IMG/VR virus record: IMGVR_UViG_3300025121_000023
Location: 1 to 64,000 of that record
From: a virus
Length of the DNA stretch: 64,000 nucleotides
Reading direction: 5' to 3' (one strand)
A model generated the notes under the pieces. The model had not been told where the DNA came from. It saw only the letters and a list, made by a program, of their open reading frames with translations, and searched no databases. Positions 19,975 through 30,358 of the stretch are shown one piece after another. A program made the position numbers and the translations under genes. Position 1 is the first letter of the stretch; each line of letters starts with the position of its first letter.

Positions 19975-20716
19975 TTTTTTTAAGTTTTAATTCTTTAATA
20001 TATTTAAATTTGTTATGAGTAAAATCAATATTTCTTTTTAATCTGAAATTATTTATAAATGCTCTTTTTTTAGTTTTAATATCACTTAAATTCCAACACC
20101 TATCACACATACCAAAATGAATTTGTCTATCAACACTTTTATCATCTTCGCCACATAAACTACATCTTAATATATTACTGTTTAACTTAACATTTGATGT
20201 AGTTTTTTCATTTTTTCCCCAAGTATCCCAAGATTTTCTATAATCACTATCACTATCTCTATTATATAGTATATTACTTTTTTGTGTTTTTTCTATATTT
20301 TTTTTATCCCATATTAATGTATCAATATCAACATTAATTTTTTTAAAAGTTTCTGCATCATAAATTTTAATATCAATAGCAGTATCTTGATATGATATAT
20401 TAATACTATTGGGTGTTATTTTAAATACATCTTTACTAAAATAAGAATCAGATAATTTATCTGGTAATCCACACCATTTTGGTATAGGTAATACTTCAGT
20501 TATTTTTTTAGATGACGGTTTATATGTAGTAATATTTTTTTTAATAATATTGGTTATATTTAATTTATCTACATATTGTCTACATACAGAAGTATTTTCT
20601 TCTGGATAAAACTTCATTAAATTACAAGAATTACAAATTAACATTCTTTTTATAACAATATTATCATTGTGGTATGTTTTAATAAATCTTGGCATAAATA
20701 TTTTTATATCATACAA
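19964..20716 (-). CDS. Cys-rich hypothetical protein
   Basis: same motifs as 19225; true start probably the downstream ATG (MPRFIK) since the promoter at 20714-20744 overlaps the track start. Confidence 0.7.
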   Translation of the reverse strand: MYDIKIFMPRFIKTYHNDNIVIKRMLICNSCNLMKFYPEENTSVCRQYVDKLNITNIIKKNITTYKPSSKKITEVLPIPKWCGLPDKLSDSYFSKDVFKITPNSINISYQDTAIDIKIYDAETFKKINVDIDTLIWDKKNIEKTQKSNILYNRDSDSDYRKSWDTWGKNEKTTSNVKLNSNILRCSLCGEDDKSVDRQIHFGMCDRCWNLSDIKTKKRAFINNFRLKRNIDFTHNKFKYIKELKLKKNVR

Positions 20717-21214
20717 AGATACTAAAAAATATTTATATTACAAAATTATTTAATATCTGATTTATTATTTTTAGAATTTTCTGAATTTTTATATTTTTTC
20801 CATTCAGATTTAGAAACATATGTATACCATTTTTTTAAATAATCAAATTGTTCTTGTTCTTTTACTCTGATGATTTCATCACCTTTTTTCATTGTTTTCA
20901 TAATTTTTATTTAATATTTTTTAATTCGTGTTATTATGAAAATATAGATATATTATATTTTAAAAAATATATAAATCTTATATTGTCATTTAACTAAAAA
21001 GCAACCCTGGTTTTTTATAACCTTCTTGTTGATATATTTCATTTAATTGTTCAATAGTTAATTTATCTTTATCCCATCCTTTTTCATTAACATATTTTTC
21101 TACAAATGTTTCTCTTAACATTTTTAAATCTTTTTCTGATAATCCAGTTTCTTTAATCATATCATTCATATTTAATTAATTATTTTTTATATATTATATA
21201 TATAATTTTTTATG

Positions 21215-21640
21215 TCAATAAATCAGATCAGCTAACTTTTTATCGACTATTATTCGTTCTAAAACATTATATTCTTTACCATAAAGAATTTTATTTATTT
21301 TTAATCTTCTTAAAAATAATGTATTATATTTTATATCTATTGTAGTATCCATCCAAGTTTTATTCGGATCAATATAAATTTCCATATTACTTATTCGACC
21401 TATTGAATATATCCCGCCATTAGTATTTAAAAGTGGAACTAGAAAACTTACAGAAAATTCACCGAAATCTTGGAATACTATACCTAAATGGGTATTTGTT
21501 ATTAAATCAACATTTACACAATTATACTTATTTAAATAATAAATAATTTTAGAATATATTTTTCTATTTAATGTATGTGTGCTATCAGCTATTGAATTTT
21601 TTGTTTCTAATATTTCATCATATGTAATTGTTTCAATCAT
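21215..21640 (-). CDS. hypothetical protein, weak T4 gp23-like capsid-domain motif
   Basis: IGRISNMEIYIDP resembles G-x-L-x-GR-x-VY-x-DP of gp23-family proteins. Confidence 0.4.
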   Translation of the reverse strand: MIETITYDEILETKNSIADSTHTLNRKIYSKIIYYLNKYNCVNVDLITNTHLGIVFQDFGEFSVSFLVPLLNTNGGIYSIGRISNMEIYIDPNKTWMDTTIDIKYNTLFLRRLKINKILYGKEYNVLERIIVDKKLADLIY

Positions 21641-21647
21641 AATTAAT

Positions 21648-22334
21648 TTATCTATTCATATTTAAAAAATCTACATTTGTAATAAAATTATTAAAAGATG
21701 TTCTAACAATCTTATTTGAATCATCTTTTAATGTTACAACATATTTAGTTTCAAAATCAATATCTATTCTAACGATTATATCAATAATAGAATATTCTGT
21801 TCCTACAGAAAATCCTTTTTGTTTTTTAACACAAATTAATTTATGTCCTTTTAACTTTAAAAGAATTCCTTTTATTTGTTGTGATAAAGATAGTAATTTA
21901 TTTTTAATATATTTACTTTTCATACTAAAATCTATGATATCATCTTCAGTATAATCTGCTTTTTGTTCATTGCAATATTTACACAATAATTGATAATTAC
22001 TGATATCGTTTTTACCACCTTTGCTTTTAGGATAAATATGATCTATTGTAAACATATGGATTTGTTCACCAACTTTGCTATATAAATCTAAATGCCATCG
22101 ATTAGATTTATCTTTTCCAGATGCAAAATATTGAGATTCTAAATTACATGCTTGACAGTTTTTACCATCTCTATCAATTATTTCTTTTAGTATACTTACT
22201 CTTGTAAGTGAATCTTTAAAATCTTTTTCGTGGAATATTATTTTATCCGGAATAGTATTATTTTTTATATTTTCAAATATTTCTTCAATTGTATATTCTT
22301 TATAAATTTCATAACCGTGATTATATTTTGACAT
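21648..22334 (-). CDS. HNH endonuclease
   Basis: CQAC, TIDHIYPKSKGG, NYQLLCKYCNEQK. Confidence 0.88.
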   Translation of the reverse strand: MSKYNHGYEIYKEYTIEEIFENIKNNTIPDKIIFHEKDFKDSLTRVSILKEIIDRDGKNCQACNLESQYFASGKDKSNRWHLDLYSKVGEQIHMFTIDHIYPKSKGGKNDISNYQLLCKYCNEQKADYTEDDIIDFSMKSKYIKNKLLSLSQQIKGILLKLKGHKLICVKKQKGFSVGTEYSIIDIIVRIDIDFETKYVVTLKDDSNKIVRTSFNNFITNVDFLNMNR

Positions 22335-22398
22335 ATATTTTTCTTCATTTCTTTTTTTTAATTATATTTACATATATCCTATTGTTACTAAATAGTTT

Positions 22399-22430
22399 AA
22401 AAAAAAGGAAGTTGATTAACTTCCTTTTTT
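22399..22430. terminator. intrinsic terminator
   Basis: AAAAAAGGAAGTT/AACTTCCTTTTTT hairpin. Confidence 0.8.
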
Positions 22431-22437
22431 AATAGTT

Positions 22438-23271
22438 TTATTTTAATGCTAATTTTTTATCATAATATATAAATAAATTTGGATCGACTGGTCTGTTATT
22501 AACCAATATTTCATAATGTAAATGTGGTCCTGTTGATAAACCAGTATTACCAACCCATCCTATTAAATCACCTTTTTTAACTTTTTGATTTATATTTACA
22601 TTAAATGAATATAAATGAGCATAAACTGTTTTATATCCATATCCGTGTTCAATAACTATTCTATTACCATAACCTTTTTTAGATTTAACTTTTTTTATAA
22701 TTATACCGTTTGCTGATGCATAAATAGGTGTTTTCATATCTGCTGATATATCTATACCCTCGTGAAAAATCCATTTATTAAATATTGGATGTTTTCTATA
22801 TCCAAATTCGTCTGATATTTCTTTTAAATATGCTAAAGATATTGGATTTATATTTGGAATACTTTTTATAGAATCCCACATCACATCAATAGTTTTTGTA
22901 TATTTTGAATATTTATCATTTTGATCATTATAATATGTAGTTAAATCTTCAATATTATATTCAGTTAAATTTACATAATTTGTATCAGTTGATATATTTA
23001 ATGCTTGTTGAATAATATGTTCTTCTTTTTTTTTCATTTCTTTTAATTCATTAGTTATAAATTTTCTTAATGAATCATTTTCTTTTTGAATTTGTTCTGT
23101 TTTTTTAATTAGTTCTGAATTAATAATTGATGGTGCTGTACTTGAAAAAGATACAAATAATATAAAGAAAATTACAATGGCTGATAAAATATATCTTGTG
23201 TGTAACTTTGTAACTAATTTGTTCTTATCAAATAAATAAACATCTTTTTTAATAATTTTTAAATTTGACAT
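22438..23271 (-). CDS. M23-family peptidoglycan peptidase
   Basis: N-terminal TM, coiled coil, FGYRKHP, HEGID, YAHL, STGPHLHYE. Confidence 0.92.
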   Translation of the reverse strand: MSNLKIIKKDVYLFDKNKLVTKLHTRYILSAIVIFFILFVSFSSTAPSIINSELIKKTEQIQKENDSLRKFITNELKEMKKKEEHIIQQALNISTDTNYVNLTEYNIEDLTTYYNDQNDKYSKYTKTIDVMWDSIKSIPNINPISLAYLKEISDEFGYRKHPIFNKWIFHEGIDISADMKTPIYASANGIIIKKVKSKKGYGNRIVIEHGYGYKTVYAHLYSFNVNINQKVKKGDLIGWVGNTGLSTGPHLHYEILVNNRPVDPNLFIYYDKKLALK

Positions 23272-23637
23272 AATTTATTATTTTTTTTTCTAGGCTAAAT
23301 TATTGAAAATGATTTTTACAATAAAAAATAGTTTTCATCTGAACTCCTTATTTAATAAAGGGTTTAGTACTATTCGCCGTTATTTTTATAATACTCTGAT
23401 TTATATATTTTATAGGTATAAATCAAAGAAAATGTATTAACTTATTGATAATTAATAACTTGTATTTTTTAATAAAAAATAGATTTTTTAAAATATTATT
23501 TCGTTATATTTAAAAAAAAATTAAAAATGTGTTTGTTTTTTATTTAAAATGATGATAATTTTTGTAAAATTCTTTATAAATCGGCGTATATATTTAAATA
23601 TGATTTTTGTTTTTTCTTATTTTTTAGCCAATTTCTT

Positions 23638-23664
23638 TTATATAATTGATTATCAATTATATAA
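23638..23664. repeat. 27-bp palindrome in a long intergenic region
   Basis: TTATATAATTGAT-T-ATCAATTATATAA. Confidence 0.7.
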
Positions 23665-23792
23665 TTTTTTAATTTATATTTATTCTAAATAATAATAAGA
23701 ATATAAATATTTATAAAACGGACTTTTTAAAAAAAATATCTAATTTTATGAATTTAATGCAATTTAGGTTATTTTATGAATTTGATTAAATG

Positions 23793-23819
23793 AAAAAATC
23801 GGGATTAACCCGATTTTTT
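23793..23819. terminator. intrinsic terminator after sigma gene
   Basis: AAAAAATCGGG/CCCGATTTTTT. Confidence 0.8.
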
Positions 23820-23821
23820 GT

Positions 23822-24673
23822 TTAGTCTAAACCATTTTCTTCGAAATATTTAAATTTCTTTTTAACAATTGCCGATATTAATTGTCTACCTTTACTGATT
23901 TGTGATTTAATAGTTGATAAGTTAGTAGTAGTCCTATATGTTCCTGATATTTTATCGTTTGATATAACTTCTACTTTATTAATATTTTCAATAATATTTT
24001 TATCGAATTTGAATCGTTCACCTGGTTTTACTTCCATTTGAATTTGTTCCGTATCATCATATGTAAAATTTATATAACAATCTTTTTCTCCATTATTTTC
24101 GATAACTATATCTAAAAAATCTGTAGGTGATGGCATTTCTTTTTTATCAGTTTTCATATCGATATTATAATCTTTTGTGCATAATTCTGCAATTTCTAGA
24201 TATGGTCTATTTTCCAATTCACGCATATACATTACACGTTTATATTTTTCTGGCAAACTCATTATAGCATCTCTTACAAGTTCTGCTTTTTTAATTATTA
24301 ATGCATCATGATCTGTGTCATTTTTATCTTCAATATTTGAATGGGGTACAATATTTTTAAGATTTAAATTATCAGAATATTCTTTATCTAATGAAAAAAC
24401 CATCATTCTTTTTCTGTCTTTAAAATCTTTTTTAACTAAATTTTCACCAATTTTATAAATCCAGGTATGAACTTGTGATCGTTCAATATCATAATTTCCT
24501 ATTTTTAATAATGCTTGTGTGAATGCATCATCGGCAAAATCCTCTGCCTTTTCTTGGTCTCGTGTAAATTTAGTTAAATACCATACTAATTTAGGTTTAT
24601 ATTTATGATAAAATAGTTCAAACGGTTGTCCGGTTACTTCTTCAAAATTTTTTGATAGTTGTGTTTTTTGCAT
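23822..24673 (-). CDS. ECF-type sigma-70 family factor with insertion in region 4
   Basis: region 2 AEDFADDAF...TWIYKI; region 4 LPEKYKRV...YLEIAE [about 85 aa insert] NLSTIKSQISKGR. Confidence 0.85.
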   Translation of the reverse strand: MQKTQLSKNFEEVTGQPFELFYHKYKPKLVWYLTKFTRDQEKAEDFADDAFTQALLKIGNYDIERSQVHTWIYKIGENLVKKDFKDRKRMMVFSLDKEYSDNLNLKNIVPHSNIEDKNDTDHDALIIKKAELVRDAIMSLPEKYKRVMYMRELENRPYLEIAELCTKDYNIDMKTDKKEMPSPTDFLDIVIENNGEKDCYINFTYDDTEQIQMEVKPGERFKFDKNIIENINKVEVISNDKISGTYRTTTNLSTIKSQISKGRQLISAIVKKKFKYFEENGLD

Positions 24674-24752
24674 AAAATTTAAGGTTTTTTTAATTTTCAG
24701 TTTAACGTATATTTAAGTAATACATTATATATTAAAAAATTAAAAAAGTTTA

Positions 24753-24792
24753 AAAAAAACGAACAATTTTTTTAAATTGTTCGTTTTTTTTT
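24753..24792. terminator. intrinsic terminator
   Basis: AAAAAAAACGAACAATTT/AAATTGTTCGTTTTTTTT. Confidence 0.8.
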
Positions 24793-24812
24793 ATAATTAT
24801 AAAAATTAATGA

Positions 24813-27089
24813 TTATGTTCTTCTTCTTCTTCTACTATAATACCTTCTATTTACATGATGTGTTAAATCATATACATTTACTGGTCTAACTACTGGTCTA
24901 TCTTCTAGTCTATCTTCTGGTCTAACTTCTGGTCTAACTTCTGGTCTAACTTCTAGTCTAACTATATGTGTTAAATCATATGGATTAATATTTACTGGTC
25001 TATCTTCTGGTCTATTTTCTATTTCCATTATATCATCTTCTATTCTATCTACTGGTCTAACTTCTGGTCTAGCATCTGGACTAACTACTTCTGGACTAGC
25101 TTCTGAAAGATAAGGACTATAATTTGTCGTAGTATCTCTAAATATCGTTATGTATCCTGTTGATGAAATTTGATATATAGTACCATTATCGAAATAAACG
25201 ACAGTATCACCATTATGCATTGGACTTCTTTGTATAATATTAGCATTAATTGGTCTATTTAATACTATTATATTTCCAGTTTGTGCAATTTCATATATAG
25301 CTCCATTATCATAATATTCAATAACATCACCATTACTATTTCTATTTCTTCGTATAATATTAGCAATAATTGGTCTACTATCTTGACTTTGATTATTACT
25401 ATTTGAAGTTGTTCCTGTTAAAACTTGATTATCTACTCCTTGTGTTATATCATCACCACTTATATCAACACCACTTATATCAATTTCTGAATTTATAGAT
25501 CTTGATGATGCAGATTGAATTGTAAAATTAAAATCATTAAAATCTTGTAATTGTACACCAAGCCTATCAAGAGTATTTCTAACAACTACTGATCTATCAG
25601 AAGTAGGTACAGTACGTGATAATCCAATTACATTAAATGGATTACTTCCCATACTTGATATATTTCTTCTTCTTTGTGGTTGTTGGTCTAAAACAGGATT
25701 TAAATGTTTTGAAATTTGTTCCCTATAATCATAATATTTAGGTGTTTCACCTTTTCCATCCCATACTATTTTAAATAAATTCCCATTTTTTTCTTCAAAA
25801 AATTTACCAATTAATCTTCTATGAATTAATACTTTTTCTTTTTTATTTTTATCAAGATAAGCAATTTTAGAACTTTCTTTAAAAATCCAACTATTCATAT
25901 ATTCAGAAAAAATACAATAATCTCTTAAGAAATATATTTTCTTATTAATGACTTGTGTTTCTACAATTCTATTACTACCACGAGTAGCAAATTCTCCACC
26001 TGTATTATGAACATATATTTGATCACCATCACGAACATAATCATTATCAATCGAACAATAAATAGCTTCTGATCTTAAAATTTCACGATTATATAACTGA
26101 CTAAAAATCATATCACGATCTTCATATTCGACTAAATAATTACCTTGGTAATCCATTAAATGTAAATATGGTTTTTTTCTTAACAAATCACCATTATTAC
26201 ATAGTACTCCAGTAGTTGGATTAAATACAGATAATGTATCCAAATATGGATATTTTTTAAAATTATAATTTTTTAATCTAACTTCCATATATATCTTTTC
26301 CCAAGAAAGTACGTTATTATTTCTAGTATCAACAATTGGTTGTGACCAACCATATGTTTGACGATATTTATGTAACCATCCACGTTCTTTTGCATAATCT
26401 TTAAATAATTCAATATCAAAATCATTAACAGAATATATTCTATCCATTAATATTCTATCCATATTGTCTAGATACCAAATTAAAGCTCTTGCTTTAATTT
26501 TTCCTTCATCATCTTTTAAAATAAGCATATTAACTTTATCTTCATTTAATGCATACATTTTAAGAAAATTACTTGCCTTATCGTGTCGCATACAAGATTT
26601 ACCTAATGATGTTTCTTCATTAGCAAATCTAGTGTGTTGTTTATAGTTATACCATTTTACAAGAGTAGATCCTTTTACTTCCGAAAAATTTTTATAATTA
26701 ACTTTTTTATTTCTTTCTTTTTTAAAAATATTAACAAATGTTTCTATATCATATGGTGTTCCTGTATAGTTATCACCTTTTGGCATATTAATAGGATATC
26801 TATCTTTGAAAATTAATTTAATAATTTTTCCAATTCTCATTTCTGATCTTTTTTCAACCCAAGCACGTGAATTACATGTATCAAGATTTTCATCCATTAA
26901 TTCAATTAATTTATTTGAATAAATAAATGTAACACTATCTTCTTCATCACCAAAATCAAGATAAGATATGACAGTATTAGTTTTCCATCTTATCATTTCT
27001 GATAACTCATATGATATTTGATGATTCATTCTACTCAACAACTCTATTAATCTTTGGGATGCGATCATAGATATTTTTTCTCTTCGCAT
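24813..27089 (-). CDS. large hypothetical protein, 'SCM/DRIY' family, repetitive C-terminus
   Basis: KIGK, SCM, ARALIW, DRIY, PYLDTL shared with 46610 and 47853; RP(E/V)(V/D) repeats. Confidence 0.75.
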   Translation of the reverse strand: MRREKISMIASQRLIELLSRMNHQISYELSEMIRWKTNTVISYLDFGDEEDSVTFIYSNKLIELMDENLDTCNSRAWVEKRSEMRIGKIIKLIFKDRYPINMPKGDNYTGTPYDIETFVNIFKKERNKKVNYKNFSEVKGSTLVKWYNYKQHTRFANEETSLGKSCMRHDKASNFLKMYALNEDKVNMLILKDDEGKIKARALIWYLDNMDRILMDRIYSVNDFDIELFKDYAKERGWLHKYRQTYGWSQPIVDTRNNNVLSWEKIYMEVRLKNYNFKKYPYLDTLSVFNPTTGVLCNNGDLLRKKPYLHLMDYQGNYLVEYEDRDMIFSQLYNREILRSEAIYCSIDNDYVRDGDQIYVHNTGGEFATRGSNRIVETQVINKKIYFLRDYCIFSEYMNSWIFKESSKIAYLDKNKKEKVLIHRRLIGKFFEEKNGNLFKIVWDGKGETPKYYDYREQISKHLNPVLDQQPQRRRNISSMGSNPFNVIGLSRTVPTSDRSVVVRNTLDRLGVQLQDFNDFNFTIQSASSRSINSEIDISGVDISGDDITQGVDNQVLTGTTSNSNNQSQDSRPIIANIIRRNRNSNGDVIEYYDNGAIYEIAQTGNIIVLNRPINANIIQRSPMHNGDTVVYFDNGTIYQISSTGYITIFRDTTTNYSPYLSEASPEVVSPDARPEVRPVDRIEDDIMEIENRPEDRPVNINPYDLTHIVRLEVRPEVRPEVRPEDRLEDRPVVRPVNVYDLTHHVNRRYYSRRRRRT
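24880..25100. repeat. 12-bp coding tandem repeats (TCTGGTCTAACT-like)
   Basis: encode RPEV/RPED/RLED tetrapeptides. Confidence 0.8.
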
Positions 27090-27132
27090 TGTTTATGTTT
27101 TTTAAAATTTATATTAAGTTTACTATTATATA

Positions 27133-27163
27133 CAAATATAACAATTTTTATATCAAAAACAAA
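27133..27163 (-). promoter_or_regulatory. Bacteroidota primary-sigma promoter
   Basis: TTTG-N19-TATATTTG. Confidence 0.7.
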
Positions 27164-27736
27164 TTATATTGTACTTTTTTTATTTGGTATTTTAACTATT
27201 TTTTTTCCAACATTTTCAATAAGTTCTTCTATTGAAATAGGTTTATAGTTTAATAATTCAACACCCACATTTACAGATCTTCCTGGATTTTTCATATCAA
27301 AATCAATTGAATTATTATGAGTATGTCCATGTACGTGAATAGAACCTTTCCACATTCTATTCCAAGAATATATAGGATAATGAAATAAAATCATATCATA
27401 TATTTCATTTTTATATTCATATGGAAATCTATAATAATCTTTAACCCATTCAAATCTATCTTTAAATCTATCAATAAGTTTAATTTTATCGTGATTTCCA
27501 TTAATTAAATAGATTTTTCCATTTAATCTTTCTAAAATTTCTCCAAACAATCGAGGATTAATTTTATAAGACATATCACCTAAGTGATATACTTCATCAT
27601 CTTCACCTACTACAGAATTCCACATTTCAATCATATATTCATTCATTTCATGAATACTTTCAAATGGTCTTTGTGTATTCTTTATAATTCCACCATGACC
27701 CCAATGATGATCTGCTATTAAATATTTCATATACAA
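27164..27736 (-). CDS. calcineurin-like metallophosphoesterase
   Basis: ADHHWGH, HLGD, GNHD, HYP, HGHTH, NVGVE. Confidence 0.9.
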   Translation of the reverse strand: MYMKYLIADHHWGHGGIIKNTQRPFESIHEMNEYMIEMWNSVVGEDDEVYHLGDMSYKINPRLFGEILERLNGKIYLINGNHDKIKLIDRFKDRFEWVKDYYRFPYEYKNEIYDMILFHYPIYSWNRMWKGSIHVHGHTHNNSIDFDMKNPGRSVNVGVELLNYKPISIEELIENVGKKIVKIPNKKSTI

Positions 27737-27794
27737 ATATAATTTAAAAATTTCAATTAAAAAAATTAATCAAAATAAATTTAATATATACTAT

Positions 27795-28451
27795 ATGAAA
27801 TATATTCAAAAGTTTGAAAAATTTAATATAAATAGTGATTATTTTTTATTAAGAAAAATAATTAAAGATGTTAAATTAGATTTTTATAGTATATTAAAAT
27901 ATCAATTAGCTATAATAAATATCAATTTAATTATATCAAAATTAATAAATAATGAATCAAATTATAATACACTTTTATTAACTATCTGTGCAATATCTAT
28001 ACTCACTAGGGAAAATAAAGATAAAATTAAAACGTTATTTAATTTTGCATTAGAAAAAGGAATTACAGAAGAAGAAATAAATGATGTTATTAATAAAATA
28101 AATCTGTTATTGGAATTATTTACTTCAGTTGCTAAACAATTTGATAAAAATATTTCAACAGTAAATAAAATGATACGTAATATATCCATTCTAATACCTT
28201 TTTTAAGCGTTTTAAAGGACTTAATTAATAATGAACTAGTAGATGTTCAATGGTTTAATAATGGTTCAGATAATCTTAAAAAAAGTATAGGGCTAGATAA
28301 ATATAAAAGAATCATTGAACGATTAATGCATAAAATAATAATAATAATAAGTTCAACTGATAAATTTCAGAATGTAGAAAATGTTAAACCTTTATTAGCA
28401 CAGGATGAATTAAAATCTCCTATGTACAAAAAAATTAAACCATATATTTAA
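27795..28451 (+). CDS. hypothetical protein with capsid-targeting-like N-terminus
   Basis: MKYIQKFEKF; TTAATATATA immediately upstream. Confidence 0.65.
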   Translation: MKYIQKFEKFNINSDYFLLRKIIKDVKLDFYSILKYQLAIININLIISKLINNESNYNTLLLTICAISILTRENKDKIKTLFNFALEKGITEEEINDVINKINLLLELFTSVAKQFDKNISTVNKMIRNISILIPFLSVLKDLINNELVDVQWFNNGSDNLKKSIGLDKYKRIIERLMHKIIIIISSTDKFQNVENVKPLLAQDELKSPMYKKIKPYI

Positions 28452-28453
28452 AA

Positions 28454-28720
28454 ATGAAACATCTTAAAAAATTTGAAAATTATATTCAAAAGTCAGAAAA
28501 TTATAAAAGTTTAGTTAATGAATTTTATGATGAAACAGAACTAATATATAAAACTACAGAACAGATAATAAGGGAAGATATTAAAAAATATTTAAAATAT
28601 AATTATTCAGATACATATATTGAAGCAGCATTATACGGAAAATATAAATATGCTTATTCAATGGAAGATATTAATTCATTAATAGAAGAAGAAAGAAGAA
28701 ATATGGATTTGGTGGATTAA
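28454..28720 (+). CDS. hypothetical protein with capsid-targeting-like N-terminus
   Basis: MKHLKKFENY. Confidence 0.65.
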   Translation: MKHLKKFENYIQKSENYKSLVNEFYDETELIYKTTEQIIREDIKKYLKYNYSDTYIEAALYGKYKYAYSMEDINSLIEEERRNMDLVD

Positions 28721-28739
28721 ATTATTATTCGTATCTTTG
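28708..28739 (+). promoter_or_regulatory. Bacteroidota primary-sigma promoter
   Basis: TTTG-N20-TATCTTTG ahead of small plus-strand ORFs. Confidence 0.75.
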
Positions 28740-29240
28740 TGGTGAATTTAAAATAAATATTATGGAACTTACTGTTCTATATAAAAAACTAAATAATTTA
28801 TTAGACTTATAGGAACGTAGGGATTTAACAACCAAAGAAGAAATTGAATTAAATAAGCTTAAAAAACAAAGAAATAAACAAGATCCAGATTGGTTTTTAA
28901 AACTTTAATTAAAAATATTATGAAAATAAAACATCAAGCTCCACATATAGATAAAATAAAACATTTAGATGTTGAAGATAGAAAATCTATTAAAAGTTAT
29001 AATAATACCCGAAAACGTAAAATTAGAAAACTTAAAAAAGTAGAAAAATAAAATGGAAGAAAAAAATATTAATTTTTGGGATGAATTAGATAGAAAATTT
29101 AGAAGATTACAAAAACTTCTTGAATGGAAAATTGATGGACAATTTCAACACGGAATTGCACCTGGTTTGTACCCTTCTTTAACACCTGAAAGAATAGAAA
29201 AATTATATAATGTGAGTTTTGGTAATTAAAAATTATAAAT

Positions 29241-29495
29241 ATGGAAAATTCAGATATTCAAAAATTAGCGGAAGAATTAAAAAAAGGAGAAAAAAAAGAA
29301 GATCCCTTTATTTCTAAAAACGTATGGCTTAATCGAATAGGTCTTATAATTTTAGTTGCTGGAATGTTTCCAGAATTATTGAATTTATATTCACACGAAT
29401 TTTATCAAATATTTAGATGGTGTGTTTATTTAGCTGCCGCAACCTGGATATTTAAAATTATTAAATCAGAAATCAAATCATTTTGGAACTCATAA
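29241..29495 (+). CDS. small two-TM membrane protein
   Basis: two hydrophobic segments. Confidence 0.6.
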   Translation: MENSDIQKLAEELKKGEKKEDPFISKNVWLNRIGLIILVAGMFPELLNLYSHEFYQIFRWCVYLAAATWIFKIIKSEIKSFWNS

Positions 29496-29539
29496 AGTAG
29501 GGATTTATATTTGAAATATGATCTACCCCGATCCCTATG

Positions 29540-29565
29540 AAAAGTCGCTCAACAGCGGCTTTTTT
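29540..29565 (+). terminator. intrinsic terminator between convergent units
   Basis: AAAAGTCGCT-CAAC-AGCGGCTTTTTT. Confidence 0.75.
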
Positions 29566-29715
29566 ATTTTTTATACCATTTTGTAATTTGATTACTTTCT
29601 ACAAATCCTATTTTTTCAACAAAATTCATAGCTATGTCATCTTCTATATGACAACACAATTCAGTACAATTCCATTCTGGATGTATATTTATTATGTGAT
29701 TTACTATTTTTTTCC

Positions 29716-29979
29716 CTATTCCTTTTTTTCTGTATTGATTTTTCTGTATTGATCATCTATACATATTAATTCTATATATCCCCACGTAAAATGATTAAAA
29801 TACAAAATAAATCCTGTAATTTTCATATCAGTAATATGAACATATGAACTATTATTTTCTATATATTTTTCAAAATCATATGATGTATTTTTTACTTCTT
29901 TTATCATATTTTTAATTGTAATCTGATTGTATAAATAAAGAATATCAGGTATATCATTAATATTTGATTTTCTAATCAT
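29716..29979 (-). CDS. GNAT acetyltransferase-like fragment
   Basis: MIRKSNINDIPDI...ITGFIL...YIELICIDDQYRK; stops just at motif A, possibly truncated. Confidence 0.55.
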   Translation of the reverse strand: MIRKSNINDIPDILYLYNQITIKNMIKEVKNTSYDFEKYIENNSSYVHITDMKITGFILYFNHFTWGYIELICIDDQYRKINTEKKE

Positions 29980-29983
29980 TAAT

Positions 29984-30358
29984 CTATTGCAATATTTTTT
30001 TTATTTTTTTCTCCCTTAGAAATATTTTAACATCATCATAATATTGAATATGAGTTGCAACTATATTAAATTTAACTTTATAATTTAAATTATTAATAGT
30101 ATAAGATTCTATAATAGGATTTTTAAACACGATAATTAAATCTTCACCGATTAATTGAATTTCATCAGTAGATTTATCTATATTAAATTTTACATATAAT
30201 TCAGTAATATAATTTATAACAGAAGTAGATGAATAACAATCAATTACTAAGTTATTTTTTATTCTATTTTTTGAGTAAGCATATCCATCTTCAAATTTAG
30301 CATTTTCTAATTCTACAATTTTATCATTACATATTAATAAAGTTATATTAGGTTCCAA
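29984..30358 (-). CDS. hypothetical protein with RxxKIxxI C-terminal tag
   Basis: FLREKKIKKILQ. Confidence 0.55.
   Translation of the reverse strand: MEPNITLLICNDKIVELENAKFEDGYAYSKNRIKNNLVIDCYSSTSVINYITELYVKFNIDKSTDEIQLIGEDLIIVFKNPIIESYTINNLNYKVKFNIVATHIQYYDDVKIFLREKKIKKILQ

Noticed and set aside
23930-24180. Intein in the sigma factor
   Set aside because: The insert begins near a Cys but lacks the C-terminal His-Asn and intein block motifs, and is short.
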